Positions 8,303-14,154 of a DNA stretch of 14,154 nucleotides are shown here, one piece after another. The position numbers and the translations under genes were made by a program. The DNA comes from Candidatus Sericytochromatia bacterium (GTDB lineage: Bacteria; Cyanobacteriota; Sericytochromatia; S15B-MN24; JAQBPE01). The stretch's first letter is position 1, and every line of letters starts with the position of its first letter. A model generated the notes under the pieces. The model did no database searches, was not told where the DNA came from, and saw only the letters and a program-made list of their open reading frames with translations. The DNA lies in the NCBI GenBank assembly GCA_035285125.1, contig JAYKHR010000171.1:1-14154 (forward strand), read 5' to 3'.

Positions 8303-8331
8303 TTTGACGCCACAGCCAACCGCCAAGTTCC
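8303..8331 (-). promoter_or_regulatory. ECF sigma factor (sigmaE/RpoE-like) promoter
   Basis: Minus strand reads GGAACTT (8331-8325), 16 nt, GTCAAA (8308-8303), about 40 nt upstream of the POT start codon and in the correct orientation. Confidence 0.7.
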
Positions 8332-8380
8332 GTGCAGCCGGGGCCCCGCGAATGTACCCGGGCCGGCCGGCCTGCCGCCG

Positions 8381-8395
8381 GGACAAATGCCCTCA
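8381..8395. promoter_or_regulatory. Operator-like box, copy 2 (GGACAAATGCCCTCA)
   Basis: Lies in the divergent intergenic region; 14 nt (8382-8395) are identical to 14051-14064. Confidence 0.65.
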
Positions 8396-8478
8396 GTTTG
8401 AGGCCGCGCCTGCCATAGGGCCTGCCGGCGGGTAGGAAGCCGTCGGTCGCCCAGCCGCACCGCACCGGGGAGGTCGAC

Positions 8479-9102
8479 GTGCCACAACCCACCTGCAGGG
8501 GGGGCCTGCTCGGCCTGGCCGCCACCCTGGCTCTGGCGGCCCCCGCCAGCGCATCTCCGGGCCCGACCCCGCCCCCCCCCGGGCTCTCCCCCCCGCCCAG
8601 CCTCACGTGCTCCGGGTACCCTGCCCGACGGCTGCACTTCAAGAGCGTGCCAGTCTGGGGGCCTGCGCCTCTGCCGCCGACGCTGCGCGTGTGGCCCGTG
8701 GGGCCGGGTCAGGGCAGTGAGGCTCCCGGCCAGCTCTCGGTGCGCCCGGGGGAGGTGACGCTGCTGGTGGCGTGGTCGGTGCGGATGCCCGACCACCGCA
8801 CCCGCCTGCGCGAGGCGGGCGCCCTCGCGCGGGAGCTGGGCCCACGTGGCGTCCGGATCGTCGGGCTGTCCCTCGACCGCCCTGGCGGAGGCCCCGATGG
8901 GGCACCGGACCCCGCCTGGCGGCACTGGGCCCGCGCGGTGGGTGGGGCCTGTTTCCGGGGTGATGCGGCAGCGGCCGAGGCCTTGGGCGGGCTGCCGTCG
9001 CTCCCGACGACCATCGTCGTGGGGCGGGACGGGCTGGTCGCCGGCCGCATCGTCGGTGCGCTCGCGAAGTCGCACCTCGACGATCTGCTGGGCGTCTGGT
9101 GA
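8479..9102 (+). CDS. Exported TlpA/ResA-like thioredoxin-fold protein lacking CxxC, 207 aa
   Basis: GGAGG at 8469-8473 before GTG. Signal peptide ending ASA and a Pro-rich linker. TlpA-like segments GEVTLLVAW, GVRIVGLSLD, LPSLPTTIVVGRDGLVAGRIVG. The active-site position reads WSVRMPDH. Confidence 0.8.
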   Translation: MPQPTCRGGLLGLAATLALAAPASASPGPTPPPPGLSPPPSLTCSGYPARRLHFKSVPVWGPAPLPPTLRVWPVGPGQGSEAPGQLSVRPGEVTLLVAWSVRMPDHRTRLREAGALARELGPRGVRIVGLSLDRPGGGPDGAPDPAWRHWARAVGGACFRGDAAAAEALGGLPSLPTTIVVGRDGLVAGRIVGALAKSHLDDLLGVW

Positions 9103-10511
9103 CCCCCGTGTCAGCAACGCCGGCCCTGACCCGGCACGCCACCGGCTTCGCCAGGGGCTTCTTGCTCGCCACCGCGGTCGCCTGGCACGAGCGGTGCGCC
9201 TTCCTGACGGCCTGGCTCACCCTCGCGCGCTGGGGGACCGCGGCCACGGGGTACGGCCTGCACGCCACCGAGGCCATGGTCGTGCTCGGGGCCCTCGTGG
9301 TGCCGGCCCTGTGCCTGCCGGCGCTGACCGGCGGCATCGCCGACCGCATCGGCCTCAAGCCTGCCATCAGGCGCGCCTTGCTGTTCGAGCTCGCGGGCCT
9401 GGCCTGCCTGGGGCTCGCCGCCACGTTCTGGTGGGTGCTGGCGGGCGCCGCCCTGATGGGGCTGGGCGTGGGGCTGGCGCGGCCCGCCCTGCACGCCCTC
9501 ATCGCCCGGTGCACCACCGCGGACAACGGCCCCGTCGGCTGGAGCCTCGCCTTCGGCGGCTTCGCCGTGGCAGCCCTGGTCGCGACCCTGCACGTCATCG
9601 CGCCCCCGGGCCTGAGCCCCGGGCTGGGGGTGGGCCTGATCCTTGTGGCCCTGGTGCTGCTGTGGCGGGTGCGGGAGCCGGGCCCGCCCGGCGGTGAAGC
9701 CCCGGCCCAGGTGGCGCCAGCCGGGCGGGAGGGCGCCTGGCGCGCGCTGGCAGCCCCCTCGCTGGTGCCCCTGCTGGTGGGCGCCGGGCTGGCGCACGTC
9801 GCCATCCTCCAGACCCACGAACACCTCCCGGCCTACACGGTCGCGTGGGGCATCACCAACGCGGCCTCGCCAGAACACGCGCGCGTCGTCGACCACATCG
9901 GCCAGCGGCTCGGCCTGGTGAGGCAGTTCGCCACCGCCTTGCTCGCGCTGCCGCTCGCCCTGCTGACGTGCCAGCTCCGGCCCCTGGCCGCGCTTCAGCT
10001 CGGTGCCGGGCTGACGGGCGTCGGCATCGCGCTGGCCGTGGCCACCCAGGCCTACGCCGCGGCAGTCTCCGGGGTGGTGGTGGTGGCGCTGGGCGAGCTG
10101 CTCGTGATGCCGCGCCTCCTGGCCCACCTGGCGCAGCTGGCCCCGGCAAACAGGCTGGCGAGCCGGCTGGGCCTCGCGGACCTGCCCCAGGGCCTGGCCT
10201 GGCTGGTGGTCTGGGGGCTCGGAGGACCGCTCTACACGCACCTTGCCGATCGCACCAGCCTGGCCCGTGGGTGGCTCCAGCAGGCCGGGGGCACGCCCCC
10301 CACGGCCCCGGCAGGCCTGACGGACGAGGGCGTGCTGGCCCTGCTGGCCCGGGCGATGCACGCCACGGTCAACGGCGCGACCGACCAGCTGTGGCGCGCC
10401 ACGCACCCCCAGCTGGCCTGGGTGCCCGTCATCGTCGTGGCGCTGGCAGCTGGGTGGGTCTGGCGGTCGGGGGCCCGCCAGGGCAGCCCGCAGGCGGAGG
10501 GTGAGCCATGA
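9099..10511 (+). CDS. MFS transporter, divergent POT/PTR-like paralog, 470 aa
   Basis: GTGA overlap with the upstream stop. Motif A GGIADRIGLKP, AWHERCAF at the ExxER position, GELLVMPR, DLPQGLAWLV; colinear similarity to 6792..8261. Confidence 0.88.
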   Translation: MTPVSATPALTRHATGFARGFLLATAVAWHERCAFLTAWLTLARWGTAATGYGLHATEAMVVLGALVVPALCLPALTGGIADRIGLKPAIRRALLFELAGLACLGLAATFWWVLAGAALMGLGVGLARPALHALIARCTTADNGPVGWSLAFGGFAVAALVATLHVIAPPGLSPGLGVGLILVALVLLWRVREPGPPGGEAPAQVAPAGREGAWRALAAPSLVPLLVGAGLAHVAILQTHEHLPAYTVAWGITNAASPEHARVVDHIGQRLGLVRQFATALLALPLALLTCQLRPLAALQLGAGLTGVGIALAVATQAYAAAVSGVVVVALGELLVMPRLLAHLAQLAPANRLASRLGLADLPQGLAWLVVWGLGGPLYTHLADRTSLARGWLQQAGGTPPTAPAGLTDEGVLALLARAMHATVNGATDQLWRATHPQLAWVPVIVVALAAGWVWRSGARQGSPQAEGEP

Positions 10512-11617
10512 GCAAGGCCCTGGCCTCAACGGGCAGGCTCGGCCAAGGCCTGGTGCTGCTCACCGCCACGTGGTGCGCCCTGGGGGCAAGGCCCGGCGAG
10601 GCAACCAGCGGCCCGCCGTTCAGGGCCGTCTGCACCGTGGCCAAGGTGACGGGGGTCGAGGCCGTGGCCCTGAGCCCCGATGGGCGTCGCCTCGTCACCG
10701 CCGCGGGCGATGGCGTCGCCACCTGGGACGCCAGCACCGGCCAGCGGCTGCCCGGCGGGGACCGCGACGCCACCGGCTGCACCCGCCTTGCCTACGCCCC
10801 CGACGGCCGCCTGGTGGCCGGCGCGATCGTGGCGCCCCTGGGGGTCGTGCTCCTGAACACCCGGACGTGGCGTCGGGTGCGCACCATCCCCGGACAGCCC
10901 CAGGAGGGGCTGCTGGCCTGGCTGGCTGGCTGGTGGTACCCACCGGAGGGCTGCCCCACCCACACGGACACCGTGACCTGCCTGGCCTTCAGCCCGGACG
11001 CCCGCTGGCTGGCCACGGGGAGCAGGGACGGCACCGTCAGGGTCTGGGAGGTGACGACGGGGCGCGCCCGAGGCGTGCTGCTGGGGCACGGCGAGGCCGT
11101 GAGGGGCATGACCTGGGCCCCCGACGGCGGGCGGCTGGTGAGCCACTCGTACAAGGCGATCATCCAGTGGGACGCCCGCACGATGCGCCCGCTCACGCAG
11201 TGGCGGGACATCCCGACCCTGATCCACGCCGTGGCGCTCAGCCCGGACGGCCGGCACGTGGCCTACGGCACGACCGCCAAGCAGCTGTTCACCAGGGACC
11301 TGGCCACCGGGCAGCTGTTCGGGCCCCAGGAGCGCGGCGGGCTGCTGAACCTCGACCTGCCGATGGTCTACGCCCCGGACGGCCAGGCCCTGACCGCCAC
11401 GTGGTCGACCGAGCTGCTCACCTGGCAGGGGGCCAGCGCGTACCGCCCCACCTACCAGAAGGCCCACGCCTCGCGCCTCGTCGACCTGGCGATGAGCCGC
11501 GACGGCGGGCGGCTGGCCACGGCGGGCCGGGACGGGGTCGTCAAGGTGTGGGCGACGGGCTGGCGGCCCGCGGCGCCCGGGCCAGGGCCCGCCAACCCCG
11601 CCGGGCCACGACGCTGA
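10508..11617 (+). CDS. WD40 beta-propeller protein with N-terminal signal/hydrophobic segment, 369 aa
   Basis: ATGA overlap with the MFS stop. Seven repeats visible (VALSPDG, LAYAPDG, HTDTVTCLAFSPDARWLATGSRDGTVRVWE, GHGEAVRGMTWAPDG, VALSPDG, MVYAPDG, AHASRLVDLAMSRDGGRLATAGRDGVVKVW). Confidence 0.92.
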   Translation: MSKALASTGRLGQGLVLLTATWCALGARPGEATSGPPFRAVCTVAKVTGVEAVALSPDGRRLVTAAGDGVATWDASTGQRLPGGDRDATGCTRLAYAPDGRLVAGAIVAPLGVVLLNTRTWRRVRTIPGQPQEGLLAWLAGWWYPPEGCPTHTDTVTCLAFSPDARWLATGSRDGTVRVWEVTTGRARGVLLGHGEAVRGMTWAPDGGRLVSHSYKAIIQWDARTMRPLTQWRDIPTLIHAVALSPDGRHVAYGTTAKQLFTRDLATGQLFGPQERGGLLNLDLPMVYAPDGQALTATWSTELLTWQGASAYRPTYQKAHASRLVDLAMSRDGGRLATAGRDGVVKVWATGWRPAAPGPGPANPAGPRR

Positions 11618-11632
11618 GGCCAGGCGGCCTCA
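11615..11632. terminator. Hairpin between convergent genes, possibly a bidirectional terminator or 3' stabiliser
   Basis: TGAGGCC-AGGC-GGCCTCA, a perfect 7-bp stem whose outer ends are the two stop codons; no U tract on either strand. Confidence 0.4.
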
Positions 11633-12748
11633 ACGCCGCAGCAGCACCGCCCCGGTGCGGTCGTGCATCGTGTCGACCACGCGCTGGCCGTCCACCGTGG
11701 CCTCGCTGCGGACACACCAGAGCCGCCCGGCCTCGTCTCGCTCCAGCCAGAAGCGGTCGATGGCGCAGATCTTCAGCGCGCCGCGGGTGATGTGGGTGTG
11801 GGCCAGACGCACGGGCTTGGTGCCAGGCGGTGGCGAGGCGTTGAACCCCTCGAAGGTGTAGGAGGACGCGCCCTGCTCGGCCCCGGCCTCCCTGACCTCG
11901 GCCACGAGGTGGCGCCCCGCCGGCCCGGCATAGCGCACGCGCAAGGGGGCCACGCCTGGCCCGGCGGCCGTGGCCAGCCTGCTGTCGGTCGCGCCAACGT
12001 AGGTGTAGCGAGAGCGCCGGGCACCGGTGGCCTCAACGGCGGTGAGCCGGCCGGCCCCGTCGTAGCGGTAGCGAACGCCGCGCCCCGTGGCATCCGTGAT
12101 CGCCGTGGCGCGCCCGGCCGAGTCGTAGCTGAAGCGGGCGGTGCGCCCGGCCCTGTCCCTCACCGCCGCGGGGCGCCCACCGCGGTCGTGCGTCACGACC
12201 CAGCCGGCGCCCCGTCCCAGGTCGACGGCCACCAGGCGGCCCCGCGCGTCGAAGCGCTCCAGCCGGGCGCCGGTGACCAGGTCGTACCCCGTCGCCGTCC
12301 GCGTGAGGACGGCTGGCACCCGGTCCTCACAGGGCTGAGGGCAGTGGGTGTGGGTGCGAGCCAGCGCCCGGTAGGCCCCCGCCCCACCTGCCAGGGGCGT
12401 GAAGGCCTGGCGCGGCAGGTGCCCCCACGCCACGAGGGTCACGGTGCCATCGGGGCCAAGATCGAGGCGAGTCTCCAGCGTGGAGCCCCAGCCGGGGCCA
12501 AGGAGGCCTGCCCGGGTGCTGCCGTGGCGGTAGAGCCGCTCCGGCACGAACGCGGACCCGGCGGGCACGGCCGGCTCCCGGGCCAGCAGGTAGAACTCGC
12601 CCTCCTGCAGCGACACCGCGGCCCGTGCAGGCGCCGGGGTCATCAGGCCCAGCCCGGTGGCCAGGAGCAGGGCGAGGCCCGGGCCCAGCGGCGCGGCTTC
12701 GCGGCCCAGGCCCAAGGCGACGAAGCCAGCGCGGTGCGGGCTGCTCAC
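11630..12748 (-). CDS. Exported YD/RHS-repeat protein with DUF6531-like N-terminus, 372 aa
   Basis: GTGA overlap with the upstream stop. Signal peptide ending ARA-A. ERLYRHGSTRAGLLGPGWGSTLETRL resembles RHS N-terminal segments. YD repeats FDARGRLVAV, HDRGGRPAAVRD, YDSAGRATAITDATG, YRYDGAGRLTAV. Confidence 0.85.
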   Translation of the reverse strand: MSSPHRAGFVALGLGREAAPLGPGLALLLATGLGLMTPAPARAAVSLQEGEFYLLAREPAVPAGSAFVPERLYRHGSTRAGLLGPGWGSTLETRLDLGPDGTVTLVAWGHLPRQAFTPLAGGAGAYRALARTHTHCPQPCEDRVPAVLTRTATGYDLVTGARLERFDARGRLVAVDLGRGAGWVVTHDRGGRPAAVRDRAGRTARFSYDSAGRATAITDATGRGVRYRYDGAGRLTAVEATGARRSRYTYVGATDSRLATAAGPGVAPLRVRYAGPAGRHLVAEVREAGAEQGASSYTFEGFNASPPPGTKPVRLAHTHITRGALKICAIDRFWLERDEAGRLWCVRSEATVDGQRVVDTMHDRTGAVLLRR

Positions 12749-13257
12749 GCGCGCCCCTCCGGCTGGGGTGCGGCCTCCAACGCCACGCCAGGCTCATCCC
12801 CTGCCACGGGGACAGCGGTGCCGCCACCCCGCAGGCGTCGTGCCCGCCGGACCTCCAGGGCCACGAAGGCGATGCCGGCGGCTGCGACAGCCAGGCCCCA
12901 AGGCCAGGGCTGGGCCGCGTTTTGCCACCAATCGGCCAGGGCGACGGCCCCGATCGCCCCGTACAGCCCCGCCCAGCCGACCACCGGGACCCAGAACAGG
13001 GTGTGACGCGGCTGCCGCACGAGCCGCTCGCCCGTCGCCGGGTTGAGCAGGACCCTGGCCGGTGGCAAGGGCCGCGTCCCGACGAGGTAGAGCACGCACC
13101 CCGTGGTGAGCACGGAAACGGCCAGGTCGGGCCTCCCCTGCGCGGGGTCCAGCGAGGCCCCGAACACGAGGGTGAGCATTGCGTTGATCAGCAAGGGCAG
13201 GGCTATGCCGAGGACGGCCGCCAGCAGGCCATTGCCGGAGTGAATGATGAGGAACAC
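12745..13257 (-). CDS. Hypothetical membrane protein, about 170 aa, paralog of 13336..13824
   Basis: Start moved from 13320 to GTG 13257: AGGAG lies 7 nt upstream and MFLIIHSGNGLLA aligns with the paralog's MIFGFSGLGFLA. About four hydrophobic segments; motif VLLNPATGERLVRQPRHTLFW. Confidence 0.8.
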   Translation of the reverse strand: MFLIIHSGNGLLAAVLGIALPLLINAMLTLVFGASLDPAQGRPDLAVSVLTTGCVLYLVGTRPLPPARVLLNPATGERLVRQPRHTLFWVPVVGWAGLYGAIGAVALADWWQNAAQPWPWGLAVAAAGIAFVALEVRRARRLRGGGTAVPVAGDEPGVALEAAPQPEGRA

Positions 13258-13335
13258 GGCAGAACTCCTGGCCGAGAGGGGGCTGAGCGCTGCCTTCGCA
13301 GCAAGGGCAGCCGGCTTCACGCGCCGCGCGACGCG

Positions 13336-13824
13336 TCACGCAGGGGCTTCCGGTGTCGGGCCCGGCGCTGGCTCGGCCGGGGGATCCGGCTGCGTCGGGG
13401 GAGCCTCCTCCGCGCCTCGCAGCCACAGCCAGCAGGCCAGCGCCGCCACGAGCACCAGGTAGCCCGCCCACCACCACCCCCGAGCGGAGTGCCAGGCCTG
13501 ATAGAGCCAGATGCCAGCAGCGACCAACCGGAACAGGAAGCCGCTGTGCTCCAGGCCTGCCCCCATGAACGTGTGGCGGGGGCCCAGCACCACGGCGTCG
13601 CCCGTGGCCACATCGACCAGCACCTGCTGCGGCCCGTTGAGCCAGCGCCCCAGCCTGTCGACGCACCAGGCCCCCACCAGCAGGCCACAGCCACTCGACA
13701 GCGCCGCCAGATCCGGGCCGGGCTCCCGTCCCACCAGGCCGTGGGCCAGGGCCATCCCACAGGCGGCGCTGAAGATGCCGATGGGAGGCGCCAGGAAGCC
13801 CAGGCCGCTGAAGCCGAAGATCAT
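13336..13824 (-). CDS. Hypothetical membrane protein, 162 aa
   Basis: AAGGAG at 13835-13840 upstream of the ATG. About four hydrophobic segments, motif VLVDVATGDAVVLGPRHTFMG, Pro/Glu-rich tail. Confidence 0.82.
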   Translation of the reverse strand: MIFGFSGLGFLAPPIGIFSAACGMALAHGLVGREPGPDLAALSSGCGLLVGAWCVDRLGRWLNGPQQVLVDVATGDAVVLGPRHTFMGAGLEHSGFLFRLVAAGIWLYQAWHSARGWWWAGYLVLVAALACWLWLRGAEEAPPTQPDPPAEPAPGPTPEAPA

Positions 13825-14049
13825 CGGATTGGGACTCCTTCGAGCACCACGGCGGTGCGAGGCAGCGGGAGGGTCGAGGAGAGGGGCCAGCCGGCCCCGA
13901 CCTCACGGGGTCAATGGGCTCGAGGCGACTGCAGTGGCGGCACAGTCGCTAGGGTCCTCCTGACGGCGTGCTGTCTGGCGGCCAAGGGAGGGCTGCTCGG
14001 GTCCGGGGCCCCGAGGACGAAAGTGCCCCCCGTCCGGCAGGCCCAAACG

Positions 14050-14064
14050 TGACAAATGCCCTCA
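14050..14064. promoter_or_regulatory. Operator-like box, copy 3 (TGACAAATGCCCTCA)
   Basis: 14-nt exact match to 8382-8395, in the third large intergenic region. Confidence 0.65.
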
Positions 14065-14102
14065 AGTCGGGGCACCCGATGGCCTTCATCACGGAGGGGG
14101 GG

Positions 14103-14154
14103 ATGGTCTCTTCAGCTATCAGCCTTCTCGCGTTCGCGGGCGCGGCCGAGGGAT
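14103..14154 (+). CDS. Probable start of a divergent gene (MVSSAISLLAFAGAAEG...), truncated by the window edge
   Basis: GGAGG plus a G run precedes ATG 14103; an alternative in-frame ATG is at 14079. Hydrophobic N-terminus; only 17 codons visible. Confidence 0.4.
   Translation, partial: MVSSAISLLAFAGAAEG

Noticed and set aside
8572..8594. C9 and C7 homopolymers as phase-variation tracts
   Set aside because: They encode an in-frame Pro-rich linker and are unremarkable at this GC content; read-level data would be needed.
8262..8642. N-terminal extension of the MFS ORF to 8642
   Set aside because: It would overlap the divergent gene and the promoter elements; ATG 8261 has a strong RBS and gives a normal MFS length.
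13991..14025. Hammerhead-like GTCC...GGAC-GAAA
   Set aside because: The required CUGANGA core before stem II is absent (reads CTGCTCGG), and I found no stems I or III.
6576..14052. Other long overlapping ORFs (6576..8246+, 8639..9805-, 9111..10529-, 10501..11790+, 11663..13006+, 12625..14052+, 12794..13906-)
   Set aside because: Low-complexity R/G/P/A translations overlapping better-supported genes; no recognisable motifs.
1..14154. CRISPR array, tRNA/rRNA, transposase or integrase
   Set aside because: No regularly spaced repeats, RNA gene signatures or recombinase motifs seen; the three shared boxes are kilobases apart in promoter regions.

Overview
Very GC-rich bacterial DNA with about 11 credible genes plus the start of a possible twelfth; most long ORFs in the track are antisense shadows. 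Left, minus strand: a 1477-aa hybrid sensor (degenerate Ser/Thr kinase, STAND/AAA NTPase, helical repeats, GAF, HisKA/HATPase), a REC-LuxR response regulator and a truncated DASS/SLC13 transporter. Centre: two divergent, translationally coupled operons, each with a paralogous POT/PTR-like MFS transporter. The left one adds a small lipoprotein and an orphan protein. The right one adds an exported thioredoxin-fold protein with MxxH in place of CxxC and an exported 7-bladed WD40 protein. Right, minus strand: two paralogous membrane proteins and a short exported YD/RHS-repeat protein. The strongest non-coding signals are a quasi-palindromic box (GACAAATGYCC) in all three large intergenic regions and a near-consensus sigmaE-type ECF promoter. 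These suggest a co-regulated envelope module, possibly controlled by the adjacent sensor/regulator pair. All family calls come from reading motifs by eye; no searches were run.
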